In this document: positions 37,201-48,754 of the stretch, piece after piece
How positions within the stretch are numbered: position 1 is the first letter of the stretch
Layout: every line of letters starts with the position of its first letter
Assembly: GCA_010356995.1 (NCBI GenBank)
Contig: ML996694.1
Location: 1,053,224-1,117,223 of the forward strand
Length of the DNA: 64,000 nt
Direction of reading: 5' to 3'
DNA from: Trichodelitschia bisporula
Lineage: Eukaryota
The notes under the pieces: model-generated
What the model was told of the DNA's origin: nothing
What the model saw: the letters and a program-made list of their open reading frames with translations, nothing else
Database searches by the model: none
Made by a program: the position numbers and the translations under genes

Positions 37201-38154
37201 ATATAGCCTACCGTCCGAGTCATTCGTGCAAAGAAGATTACCCGATGACCCAAATATGAGCACCGTGAAATCATTGCCGGGCCACTCGGTGTGCAGAATC
37301 TTATCCAGCTTCTTGACAAACTGGAGTCGCCGTGCCTCACTTTCGGGAGATGGCAATAACCGATCATAGAGTTCCCTCATGTCGCCCGTCAACTTTTTCT
37401 CCTCATCAGGGTCCAGTGCGGATTTAGGTTCTTCAGCGGGTGGGTCGAGCAGCGCATCGCCAATGCTGTACTGCATGCGCCGACGAGTGGACGGCGTAAC
37501 CTTTTCGAATCCACATGTTAGCTTAACTCTTGGAAGTGCAGCCATGGATCCATTGGCTTCCGAAACCACTGATCTTGGAGAGTGACTTCCAAGACCGCCG
37601 TGTGGGGATGGGGAGCGTGATCGCGAGCCGCCAAAGTCGTGCGCATGCTGGTGTGGCGTTGTCGGCACTGAGTTCGATTGCATGGAGATGAAATGTGGTC
37701 TGGGCGGTAGCCCGTGTGCTCCATTCGTACTTGCCATGTTGTTGAGGTAGCCCGACGCTACCTGCATTTTGGAGCCTGAGGGTTTGACGGGCGAGCGTCC
37801 GCTCCCATCACTCTGTTTTCTTGGAGAGGTATCACGGCCGCCGGTGGCACAAGTGGTGAGTGGCGGCGGCGCAGGCTTGCTCGCCGGTCGAGTGGCCGTG
37901 CCCGGTTGCGAAGACACGGTGACGGAGTAATGATCGCAGCCGGCGCCGACGCGCGAAGTGTGGATAAAAGAAGGTGAGACCGAGCGACGGATCGAGTGTT
38001 TATTCCTGGATGTTAGAAGACGCTGTTGGACGATTGAGGCTGTAGTGTGCTGAAGCGGTAGCACAGCTAGTGACTTCGCATAAACTGCCCGGGAGATATC
38101 ACCGCGGGTGTAAGAATGTATAAGCGCGTCGTTCACGGCTTGTATGTCGCTCAT
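34243..38154 (-). CDS. cid13: Non-canonical poly(A)/(U) RNA nucleotidyltransferase, Cid13/Cut-like, 4 exons; start uncertain (first in-frame ATG 38154, alternative ~37767)
   Basis: FGSSGNLLCTNDSD|VDIC catalytic motif, AKVPIVK, DMNVNNTLALENT, GGTLSSY, PAP-associated LCVEEPFNTTRNLG; long low-complexity C-terminus. Confidence 0.85.
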
Positions 38155-41100
38155 CAACAAATAAACGAGGGATGAAATAATATGTCGCTTCGGGGTTTGC
38201 GGTTTGGGCGTGCGGCGTTGGTTTCTCAAGGATGCGGAGATTGTCGGTGAGGGGGAACAGTGAGAAGGTTGTTGAAGGAGAGAGCGATGCGAAGGCGGAG
38301 GGCACGAGGAAGGGTCTGTGAGGAGGGTTCAGCCTCCAAACACCAATTGCGTTGTCTCCTTGGACGCGGTTGCCGCGGGGAAAGTTGTGCGCGTTTGTGG
38401 GAGGGGGCGTGTTGTCGTAATTCGGAGATGGCACTTTCCTGACCGACGTGACGGACGAGGGGCGGGCTGCGAATGTGAGCGAAAGCAACACCGGCGCTCC
38501 GGACTTTCGGGCGTAGAGGGAAGAAGAGGTGTGCGGAGGCGTGAAGTAATGCGGGAGGCAACGAAGCGACAATGTGAAAGGGTTCGAGGAGCGGGATGGG
38601 GTGGTCCAACGAAAGGGGGTTACGAACCAAGTGTACGATCCGTATTCTGGGCGAGAAGGTTGGGGAATGTTGGTAGGTATGGCGGGCCGAAGATGAGAAG
38701 ATGGTTATGGGGGGCGGAGGCAGAGGTAGAGAGAGACGTGAAGGCACTGAACAAAGGCAAAGCAAGCCGACCTGCGTCTGCGAGCTTGCTGCGCTTACTT
38801 CCGCTCGAACTGTGACGCCGGCCTTGGCGGAATAATTTAGGGGACCAAAGGAGAGATATCGAGAAATCCTGGGACAGAAACGTGTGTGTGGCTCTGTGAT
38901 TTTGGCTTTGGCTTCCAGAAACTCCAAGATGATCCGCCCCCCTCTCACAGTTCACTCCCTTTCAGCCTACAGCTCTCTTCACTACTGTACCTCTCTCGCC
39001 TGTTACCGCCACGCCAAAGCTCAAAGTGAAAGCCTATGGCGCTGTTACTGCGCGGGGGGGGGCGCTCGACTTGGGGGCTTTTTAAATTATTTGCATATAA
39101 GACAGTCGGCCGCACTTCCGCATACCCTTCCCTCTATCCAACCCTATTTAGGCTCCGGCGTATTGCTCCGAGGCTTTAAGAATGGCTGTGGATGTCGCCT
39201 GCTCAGATGAGAGCACCTGATGACTGCTAGCGGGTCGGAGAGGTTATCCTTACGGCTTGTATCCTTGATGAGCACCTGACTTAGAAGGGGGTGGTGATAT
39301 CTGATCTGGAGCGGCGTCCCCAGGACGACACCGCCTACCGTACGCGAGAAAGCGAAGCCGATACGGAGTGAGATGGACGAATAGCGCGGCCACCCCGCGA
39401 ACTCTCGAATATCTCCATGCTACGCTACTGATGCGACGGAACGTTGCACTGCCATAAACTGAGCAGGCTTTACTCAGCTCGAACCGCTGTTCCCAGTCCG
39501 CAAGGCCAGAATCAGATTCAGATTCCACACCGCGCAGCATGCGCAGTAGTCACCCATTGTCGGCCGTCGCCATCGCTGAACCGTTCCTGACTAGAGGTCC
39601 TTGAAATAGCCAGGAGTGCACAACGGCCGCAGTATTGACCCATCAGACGAGGGCTCCTCGTAGCTTGTTGGACTCCCTAAGCGCGGGAAGGTCGCCCGCC
39701 AACCCCCATTCCTGAGCCAGCACCGCTTTGGGTCTTCAGCGCTGCAATAATCTCCGCCCCAGTGCCTGCAGCTCCCTATTTGATGGTACGGTTGTTATGG
39801 TTCCCGGTCGCCGGCCACCGCCTTCATTCGCGCCAACAACAGAGGTCGCTTGGAGTGTGGCATCAGGAAATGCTCTGCCCCTTTTGCACCGCAGAACCCT
39901 AGCGCGTTGGACAGCATACCTTTACAACAAGAATTGTCGAATCACTGCATGTCTCGGCGGCAGAGTGGTCCACATTCGAGACGAGAAAGTTATTGCATGT
40001 TCATCGGCACGAAAATCACATCGATATTGCTGTACTTCCTCTTGAGCTCACACTCTAACTGCTCGTGTTAAAGACGCGACAAGGCATCTCGCATGCCACC
40101 ACCCCTGCGCCAGCGATCAAGGTTGTCATGGCGGCATCTCGCATCGCAGACGCAAGACAAAGGCGCTACATGTACTGAAGGCGAAGGACAATGCGACTTA
40201 TTCTGATTGGTCGTCACAGGTGTCGTCATCGATTCAACTTGTACGAGTAAAAGCATAAAACGAACAGAACCAGAGGGCCATTAGAGGCAAGCAGAAGGTG
40301 TGATGTCCGATGATGAATGTGAGGATTCCATGTGGGCAGGAGTGTTGTCCCTCATCAGATTGTTTCTCGTCATTGGAGATGCGAGAGACGGGAACAGGGC
40401 TGAAGCATGTCTTGGCGCACGCCCTGAGTGACTTGGCACTCGACTTGACAGGACACGGACCAATTTGGGTCTTATGCCTGAGATGTGGAGATGGCAGCCT
40501 GACTGGTGGAAGGAACGAAACGAAACGTCCACAACGTCTTACGTAGTGGTATTACATTGTGCATCCTCTACATCATAACCGCAGTGATGAAGATGCTGTG
40601 TACTGCCATATTTCAGACTTGCACAGATCACAGGTTCGCACTTCTACCGTCGTTCGGATTCTCGTCAACGAGATCCCTCCAATTGCCGCTCTCAAGACCT
40701 TCACGTCTCAGGTCGGCATATTAATGTAAAATCAGGCAATTGCACTGGTCACTGATGGACCAGTTCTTTGGAGGCTTAAGATCCGACACAAACATCGATC
40801 GTCGCCATAGAGGATGCGAATATCGTCATATACAAATGGCCATGTCTTCGTAGTCCGATCTGGCAATTTCCGGGTTGTCAGTTGAGGGCCACCATGCAAA
40901 CAGCATCCCGAAATAACCATCAATTGACCCCCTTCCAGACACCGAGCCTTGCAATTCCGAGCCCAGGATGGAGCTCAGTAAGTGCGGAATTACATTTTGG
41001 CGAGATGAGCGTCCATATGGCCGCATCTTACCCGGTTACCCGGCTATCAAATACATTCCGAGCTCCAGCAATCGTTTGGGCCGGAACTTACTACACCGTT

Positions 41101-41531
41101 AGCTTCGCAGCAGTGGCAGCTTATCTACGTACCGCAAATAGTCGTCTCGATCTCTACTAGCTTCGGCTTTCTTCTCTATGTCTTATTTGGCCTTTGAATC
41201 CGGACTTAGAACTGGTAACCTTAGCCTCAGGTGCGGATGACGGACCAGCCGCACTTCATCTCGCAACTCGCTAAACTCCGTCTCATCTCATCCACAGTTG
41301 ACTCTCACCGCTAGCCACGTTCCCCGAATGCCCCGATCCCGAAATATGCTCTCAAAATGGTGCCCCACGTGATACCGAGACCCCTCGGGCCACCCGGTCG
41401 CCCCTTCCGAAGCGGATGCGGGCCCCACCCTTTCCCGCAGCCGAAACCGCATCCCAAGGGACATCCCCGACCCTCACCAACCTGCGACAACATTCACCCG
41501 CGCACTACCCACAACCGCAATTACAGAAGCC

Positions 41532-42325
41532 ATGGCCGCCCCATTACGTAGATTGAGTACGTCCTACCCCATGTCCACGTTGTCGGACCCGAACTAATCT
41601 CCCAGCTACCCCCGTCCTCTTGTACGTACCCCCACCACGCACGCCTTCCTTCCCGAGGAACAACGGCTCGGTCCGCTAATACGAGCCCGGTAGCATCTGC
41701 GACTTGCAGGAGAAGTTCCGTCCCGCGATACATGAGTACCCGCGCGTGCTGGCGACGGCGCGGAAGATGCTGCGCACGAGTAAGTCGTCCTGGGTGGTGC
41801 TCGCTACATATCTTGGATCCTAACTCCTTAGGTCAAATACTCTCAATCCCGGTCGTTGCGACTACACAGTCTCGGGCTAAACTCGGCGAAACATGTGCGG
41901 AACTAGGACTCGATGCCCCGGGCGGCGTGAGTACCGCTGCACATGCGGATAAGACACTGTTCTCCATGTGGATCCCGGAGGTTCAGGAGGCGGTGGGTAA
42001 GATCGCGCCCGATGGCTCGAAGATCCAAGCCGTGCTGGTTGGAATTGAATCGCATATCTGCGTGACACAGACGACCTTGGACTTGCTCCGTGAAGGACAT
42101 AAAGTGTATGTGCTCGCGGACGGCGTGTCGAGCTGTAATCGAGAGGAGGTTCCGATTGCGCTGGCGAGGCTGAGGGCTGAGGGCGCGGTTGTTACGACCA
42201 GTGAGAGCTTCTTGTACGAATGTATGGGAAATGCGGGGATTGCGGAGTTTAGGGATATCTCGAAGTTGGTGAGGGACACGAAGGATGAGACTTCGGCAAC
42301 CTTGAGCGCACTGTGTAAGATCTAG
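41532..42325 (+). CDS. Isochorismatase-family hydrolase (ISOC-like); exons 41532-41556, 41606-41621, 41694-41779, 41832-42325
   Basis: Exons sum to 207 codons; FICDLQEKFR, KTLFSM, GIESHICVTQTTLDL, VLADGVSS, TTSES. Confidence 0.9.
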
Positions 42326-42444
42326 GTCTTGATAAGAGCGGCTTATCAATAATACAGTCATCTCAACAAGAGTTTTGATTGCAACCCAACGCCGTACAAT
42401 CGCCCACCCGTCTAGTCCCGATATATTACAAATGTTATCGTACC

Positions 42445-44793
42445 TCACCAGCTGCCTTGCTTCTGCGCAATATCAACCTGCGCGTTACGAAGCAATTCCT
42501 CCAATCGCCCCGTCTGAAACTGTTGTTCATAAACCATCGTCAAATACCGGCATAAGAGATCCAGCAAGTCCTTTCCATGCTTCTTCGCAAAGCGCTTATT
42601 CCACACCTCAGTTGGGTCCATCAAAGGCGGCTTCGCCATTTCCTGCCTTTCGGCCGCCCACTCGAGGTACAATTTCTCTAGCACATTCTGCGCAAGCTCA
42701 GTACAGCTCTCCAGTGATCTCCCACCAATTACATGGCCATCCGGATCTCTCTCGAGGCCACGGAACCGCACCTCGAGCGCCACATAGTGCACCAGAATCC
42801 GGACCGTCTTCGCCGAAGGCAAGAGACTCAACGTATCCCGCAGCGCGAGCATCGCCGCAACAGCACCCAGCGGATCGTTACAGGCTTCAAAAGTACCGAT
42901 GATGCGGTCGTACAGGTACTTCTGGACGGGAACACGCTCAGCCGGCTCCGCGGCCAGGTAGTTGGTTTCGATGAAGGCGAGCGTGTCGGCGAACAGCTCG
43001 CGCGCTGAGGGATAGCGGCCCTTTTGTGACCATGAGCGCTTATCGCGGAAATGGTGGATCAAGCCGCGCCAGAGGAGTCCGTAGGTATATAGGTTAGGCG
43101 GAAGGTTGTTGGCTGCTGCGTACTCTTCGAAGGCCTCCCAGGCCAGTGAGGGCTCGCCCAGATCGATGTACACGTGTAGGAGAGGTCCAAGCGACATGGG
43201 CGGGATTTTGACGCTGCTATTGCATAGGAGACGGAGAACGTGGTGTGCATCAGCTGGGCGCCGGGACTGCGCATAGAATTTGGCGAGGCGGATGAAAGTC
43301 ATAGGTCTGGCACGAGGGACCTCGCGGCGCATGAACTTAGGGATGCGGTCCATGTCTTTTTTCGAGGGGTGCTTATCGCCCTCTTCGGCCTTCAAAGCCT
43401 CCGATATCATGTTCCAGGCTAGTGATTCAGCCTTTTTGATGCGTTCCTCCTTTCCAGAGTTCAACCACGCCGTCAGGAGTCGACTCATTTCGAAGGCGCT
43501 GGGCAAGAGGCCCCGCTCGAACATCAGTTCTACGATCTGCGCAGCGCGATCGACGAGCGAGTGGTCGCGTTCGGCGGAGTCGAGCGTAAGTCCAAGCCAA
43601 CAATTGAAGATGACTTCGAACTTGAAGTTTGGCGGTAGAAACTCCATGACAATAAGGGAGACACGGGCGAGCTCCTTTGCATCGGGGCATGCCCGCTGGA
43701 GGCCCCTAATAGGGCCTGCGAGGCTTCTGTACAGAACAAGTTCTTCGGCGCAGCGAGAAGCTGCCATATCCTCAAGGATTTTCAATGCCATGTCCCGATG
43801 GGAGGAAGAGCTTTTGGATGTGAGGATGAGTGAAGACAGGATGGCCTGATAGTCATACACATTCATCGTAAAACCGGCGTGCTCGCGTAACTGTCGATAG
43901 AGAGCCCAAGCGTTGCGTGTCTCGATTTTGTCGCCCCCACCGGCGAGGATATGGTTCCGGATTAAAAAGATGATGCAACGGGGGTCAATGCCGTCGAATT
44001 CCCGCGAAAACCCCATCAAGAGGCCGCAGGCGCGTTTGAAATGGCCTGCTGATCCATACAGCCGCATTCCTAGCTCGAGCCACTCCCTTCGGGCCAGCTT
44101 CCCGGACTCTTTTGAGACTTTGGTGTCTTCCCATAAGTCCAGCGCCTCAATCTGGCGCCCACTGGCAAAGAGCTCTTCGAGAGCGAGCACGGCGGACTCC
44201 ATATGAGTGTCCATCCCAGCAGAGTCCATGGCGTCCACAAGGATATGCATAACCTCTAAGCGATCGATGTCACTGGGTCTGAGTGACGACTGCGTCCTCC
44301 ATAGCCGCCGCCAGGCGACAGTCGGCATCCGCTGCAAAAGATCGGGGGCCAAGGCGCCGATCTTGGAGTACTCTTTCCATAGTTCTTCTCGAGCCTCATC
44401 GCTATAGAGGTTCTTACACGCATTTAGGAGAGCTGCGTTGAACTGTCCGATCAAAATTTGATGTTCTGGGCCCAGTGGTAAGAACAACCCGGGAATAGGT
44501 GGCCGAACATTTTCAGTCTTAGGTTGAAGAAAGGCGGGGAGTTTGATGCTTTCCCGAACATCGTCTATGGTTTCGTTCACTTCCAGCTGCGGCAGCTCGT
44601 ACTCCACCGGTTCGGGTTCAACGACTTTGCTGGTCCCCCAAAAGAAGGGCCGAATTTGAAGGTGCCTGCCCAGTGAAGGGATGCCATCCGGAACATATCG
44701 ACAAGGGCCTGAACTCCTCGATGATAAGGTACCTCGTCCAGATGGGTACCGAGCAATTCCAGTGCCCAGAATCCGAGGAAGGCGGCGAAGCAT
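42445..44793 (-). CDS. Mitochondrial pentatricopeptide-repeat-like protein (intronless)
   Basis: Arg-rich, acid-poor N-terminus MLRRLPRILGTGIARY; PPR-like helical motifs AAQIVELMFERGLLPSAFEMSRLLTAW and LPPNLYTYGLLW. Confidence 0.7.
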   Translation of the reverse strand: MLRRLPRILGTGIARYPSGRGTLSSRSSGPCRYVPDGIPSLGRHLQIRPFFWGTSKVVEPEPVEYELPQLEVNETIDDVRESIKLPAFLQPKTENVRPPIPGLFLPLGPEHQILIGQFNAALLNACKNLYSDEAREELWKEYSKIGALAPDLLQRMPTVAWRRLWRTQSSLRPSDIDRLEVMHILVDAMDSAGMDTHMESAVLALEELFASGRQIEALDLWEDTKVSKESGKLARREWLELGMRLYGSAGHFKRACGLLMGFSREFDGIDPRCIIFLIRNHILAGGGDKIETRNAWALYRQLREHAGFTMNVYDYQAILSSLILTSKSSSSHRDMALKILEDMAASRCAEELVLYRSLAGPIRGLQRACPDAKELARVSLIVMEFLPPNFKFEVIFNCWLGLTLDSAERDHSLVDRAAQIVELMFERGLLPSAFEMSRLLTAWLNSGKEERIKKAESLAWNMISEALKAEEGDKHPSKKDMDRIPKFMRREVPRARPMTFIRLAKFYAQSRRPADAHHVLRLLCNSSVKIPPMSLGPLLHVYIDLGEPSLAWEAFEEYAAANNLPPNLYTYGLLWRGLIHHFRDKRSWSQKGRYPSARELFADTLAFIETNYLAAEPAERVPVQKYLYDRIIGTFEACNDPLGAVAAMLALRDTLSLLPSAKTVRILVHYVALEVRFRGLERDPDGHVIGGRSLESCTELAQNVLEKLYLEWAAERQEMAKPPLMDPTEVWNKRFAKKHGKDLLDLLCRYLTMVYEQQFQTGRLEELLRNAQVDIAQKQGSW

Positions 44794-45281
44794 GCGATTA
44801 AACTGTTTCCCTATTAGAATATAAAAACGCGAGATCAAATGGGGCGATTCACATGAGAAGGAACGAGGGGAAGCAAGCCGTCCAAAGCACCGAAAGATAC
44901 ACCAAGCCGGCAAACTAGTAGACTAACTCGAATCTCGTCTATGCCCCACAGACGGTTTTCGAATGAGACGCTTTCGAGAATGACGACGTTGCGCGCGATG
45001 GAGAAGCAGAAAATGTCCTTACTAAGCAGCCATGTGGTGCTCTGCAGCAGCTTGGCGCGACCAGGGTCGGCGCCGGGAGCGCAGGCCGAAAGCGCCGAGC
45101 CGCAAAGAGACAAGCCAAAGTTCTTGACATGGCGTGAAGCTCGCTCGCGTCAAAAACTTCGGAAGTCGGCAATTGAACCGCCTGTCCCGCGGTTAGCTTG
45201 CTACGGAACACGAAGCCGTCAGCTTCTCTGACTGGAAGCTCGCAAGGCTGGAGGCCTGCCGAAAATGAATGTGCGACGGGA

Positions 45282-48200
45282 ATGCTCCTAACCGCCATAC
45301 CCCGCCTCTCCAGCGGACGTCTCGCGATCCTCCGACGCTACGCCCTCTACTGCTCTGTCGGAACCGCTGCCACTGTTACTGCATTCATTCTTGAGGGACA
45401 GAGACGCCAAATATGTCAACTGCGCAAGATTGTGGAGAATGGCGAGCGATTGAAGGCGCTCGTACGCAATTCGCACTCGGACGCCTCGGTCGCATCACCG
45501 ACCCGGGATTTCGCCAGTTATGTTGCCTCCTTGGAAGCTCGCGGCCTAGTGGTGCGGGAGCCGGTGGGGGAGAATGAGGACGCATACCACTACCGTCTGG
45601 CCGATGGTGCAAAGAAGACAACCCGCACTTCGGATGCCCGTACAGCGCAAGGCATCAAGTCTAATGACCCCTTCTGGCGGCATGACTACGCTCGGCCCAC
45701 ATCACGCGTACCTATGCGTCGGATCCCTGCCAAAGGCCAGGAGTTACTCAAAGGTGTCTTTGGTTCGGATAGAGATTCGATCCCTCGACCTATCGCTGGA
45801 AATGGCTCAGCCACGGCTTCAGCCGAAAACGGCGGCTCGAAGCGCGAGGAATCCTCCCTACGGAAACAGCAGGACCTCATCGAGCTGAATGCGATCAAGA
45901 AATCCCAGCAAAACCTCCAAATTCAGCAACGGAGTGGGTCAGAGGCGGGAGACGCTAAAGTATGGAGTCCCTTCGAACCATCACAGCCGGAAGCTTCCAC
46001 ATCAACCCCGACTCCGCACGACCTCACCCCCACCGCAGAATGGACCAGCAGCGTGACATTTAAGGACCGAGGATCCGTACTGAGCATGCTGGGGCATCTA
46101 CAGAGCCAAAATGCGTCTCCCGAGGAGCTGAACGAAGCACTCCAGGAGGCCAAGCTCTTCCGCCCGCAAGAGCTCTGCGATTCATTGCTGAAAATAGACC
46201 TACAGTCCTTCTCTTCGGCTTGGCTAGGCCCATTGCTATCTGCCCTTTTGCAAAATGAAGAAGCCTTTGCGATGGTGTTGGATCGAGTCGTCGCCCATGC
46301 CTTGGAAAATGGGCTTTACGATCAGTTAATTGACGCTCACCGAAGCCTTGCGTCTACGGTCGCTTCTGAGCAGCTAGCATCTCGGCTCGCAGAGGCATAT
46401 GTCTTCACTGCCAGCGAGCTGGCGGACCGTGAGCATTTTCGAACTGTGCTTTTGGGAGTCAATGAACTACAGCATCCTGAACTTCTGGTTAGCGTCTTCC
46501 GTCGCTACGCCAGCCAGATTTCTTTGATGGCAGACCTACGTGGCCATTGCTGGAGCGCAGTGATCAATATATGGAATACGGCAACAGCTCTGCGAACAAT
46601 TCAGGAGATGCAATCCCTTCTCAACTGCCCGGATGTTGAGCTCACCAATGTCTACGCAGAGCTGATCAAGGCAGTTTGGGTCCGGACCCTAAACTTTCGC
46701 CTCGTACGCCAACTCTACTTTGAGGTTTCTCACATCAAGCAGCGCACCAACAAGGAGGTTCCAGCACCTATCGTGAACGCCATGCTTTGGGTCTGTTTTA
46801 AGAAGGGGGCCCCTGAAGAGGCAGAAGACATTGTGGCAAAGCTGCGGAATGATGGTGTGGCCCCCAACGCGTCTTGGTTTCCCTTCCTTCTGGCGGCATA
46901 CGCGAAATGTGGAGATGACGAGGGCTTCGAGAGAACTTTCAAGGCCCTGGATGCTTGTCTTAGCAGGGGAAAGTCAAAGGCCCCGCTAAAAATGGGCAAT
47001 GTCGTCCAAGCATACGCCTGGAACCACTCTCCAGAAGAGGTTGTGCAGCTTATCGACAGGTGTATGGGCCACTACGGTATGGTTCCCCAAGCCGGAGAAT
47101 TTGACCACGCCCTCCTAGCCTGCATCCATGACGGCAATGCAACACGGCGGCTGGTCGATAATTTCGAATCTCGTGGATTCAAAGCCTGCGTCTCACGGCA
47201 AACCATGACAACGGTCGTAGGTAACTACATCGAGCGTTGGAAACCCAAACCCGCTCATATCTTGCACCTCCTTAGTTATATCCACAACAACCAGCCAGAG
47301 CTTCTTACTCAGGAGCTTGTTACCAAAGCAATACGGTATTGCAAGCAGTGCTCACGCTCCATCCATCAGATGTCTTACAAAAGCGAAATCAGCGTGGCAG
47401 CGCAGCAAACCATCAGCACCGTCATCAACGGTTTGGAATGGCTACTTTCCCAGGCCATTCCCCTCAAAAACCCGCAATTCCTGGAACACCCTCTTCCCCG
47501 CCGAACTTACCTCCTCCAACTCATGAAAACGCGACGCAACGGCCTAGCGGGCACACTCTCTTACGTCACAGAAATGGGCTACTCACGGCGGGACCCCGAA
47601 ACCGTCCTCCTCATCTACGCTGAACTAACCTCGAAGCCTCTCCCCCTCTCCGTCACAGCCCTTAACCTCGCCCTCCAAGCCTGCTTCGAGCTCGGAGACT
47701 CAGAGCGCGCCTCCGCAATCCTTGATGCCGCAATCAAAGACGGCCACGACCCTACTGCCGCCCAGCGCATCTTCCTAACCGAGACCATTTCCCACCGCCA
47801 GGTCCCGCAGTACCAGCTCTGTGACGTCGTCCTCGACCACTACGCCGCCATGGAAGCTGCGCATATCCCCGTGCACCATGGTCTCGCCACCGCTGCTGCT
47901 GCGAGCCTGCTACAGGGCTACGGGCCCGTCATGCGGGCCAATCCAGGCGCTGCAGCGGATATCCTTCTCGCCGTTCTTCAGTCGCCGTACGCATTGACTG
48001 CACCGCCGAATATCGATTTCTTCACCGTGCTGCTCCGAGCATACGTTAAGGCGCGTGCTGTTTCGGGCGTGCGGTGGGTGATCCGCGAGGTTGTCCGGCG
48101 GGGCGTGCAGATTGACAACCGGTTTAAGTACGCGTTGGACGAGGGGATGATGGGAATCAGGCAGGAGTTGAAGAAGCAAGGAAACCGAGCGGAGGCTCGA

Positions 48201-48416
48201 GAGGTCTGGCATGAGTTCAAGGAGTTGAATACGGTGCTCACGAGGACTTTCATGAAGCAAAAGAACGAGGTGCATTATATGGGGTTAAAAATTGTGGCTC
48301 GAGCTTGCTGGCTCGCAAATGGGGAGAACATGAAGACGTCGTGGAGGAGGTTGAAGCTGCGCAGAAAGGAGGGAACTCGGAGTGGAAGAATGATGCCGGA
48401 GAGGCTTAACAGTTGA
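45282..48416 (+). CDS. Mitochondrial pentatricopeptide-repeat-like protein (intronless, ~1044 aa)
   Basis: PPR-like motifs NAMLWVCFKKGAPEEAEDIVAKLRNDGVAPN, FLLAAYAKCGD and PNIDFFTVLLRAY; N-terminal basic segment followed by a hydrophobic one. Confidence 0.7.
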   Translation: MLLTAIPRLSSGRLAILRRYALYCSVGTAATVTAFILEGQRRQICQLRKIVENGERLKALVRNSHSDASVASPTRDFASYVASLEARGLVVREPVGENEDAYHYRLADGAKKTTRTSDARTAQGIKSNDPFWRHDYARPTSRVPMRRIPAKGQELLKGVFGSDRDSIPRPIAGNGSATASAENGGSKREESSLRKQQDLIELNAIKKSQQNLQIQQRSGSEAGDAKVWSPFEPSQPEASTSTPTPHDLTPTAEWTSSVTFKDRGSVLSMLGHLQSQNASPEELNEALQEAKLFRPQELCDSLLKIDLQSFSSAWLGPLLSALLQNEEAFAMVLDRVVAHALENGLYDQLIDAHRSLASTVASEQLASRLAEAYVFTASELADREHFRTVLLGVNELQHPELLVSVFRRYASQISLMADLRGHCWSAVINIWNTATALRTIQEMQSLLNCPDVELTNVYAELIKAVWVRTLNFRLVRQLYFEVSHIKQRTNKEVPAPIVNAMLWVCFKKGAPEEAEDIVAKLRNDGVAPNASWFPFLLAAYAKCGDDEGFERTFKALDACLSRGKSKAPLKMGNVVQAYAWNHSPEEVVQLIDRCMGHYGMVPQAGEFDHALLACIHDGNATRRLVDNFESRGFKACVSRQTMTTVVGNYIERWKPKPAHILHLLSYIHNNQPELLTQELVTKAIRYCKQCSRSIHQMSYKSEISVAAQQTISTVINGLEWLLSQAIPLKNPQFLEHPLPRRTYLLQLMKTRRNGLAGTLSYVTEMGYSRRDPETVLLIYAELTSKPLPLSVTALNLALQACFELGDSERASAILDAAIKDGHDPTAAQRIFLTETISHRQVPQYQLCDVVLDHYAAMEAAHIPVHHGLATAAAASLLQGYGPVMRANPGAAADILLAVLQSPYALTAPPNIDFFTVLLRAYVKARAVSGVRWVIREVVRRGVQIDNRFKYALDEGMMGIRQELKKQGNRAEAREVWHEFKELNTVLTRTFMKQKNEVHYMGLKIVARACWLANGENMKTSWRRLKLRRKEGTRSGRMMPERLNS

Positions 48417-48754
48417 GGCGAGAGGTCGAGTTGTCGGTCTGACATCTCCAAATGATTGGATTGTATGTGGATCACAGGAGAACGTGCATTGACCACTGTA
48501 TTTTTCGCATAAGACCAGATCAACAAGACCGGTCGAGTATCAGATTCCTGCTGATGTAGGTAGGGACACTCAGTAGTAGCACGATGTAGGAGCAAAGGAT
48601 ATCTTAAGAACCTAAGCCAGTGGTGGCGAGGCGCGAAACCAGCAGAAAAGGAGAACAGGGCAGTATACTAGAAAGAAAAGCCTTTTCCACCGTCCGAAAG
48701 TGCACTCCACGAGCCGCCCTGATCACCCAGCCTGACAGCATCTTCTTGACCCGC

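Noticed and set aside
39100..41250. Candidate telomerase RNA locus, based on interval size
   Set aside because: No TAACCCTAA-type template found on either strand.
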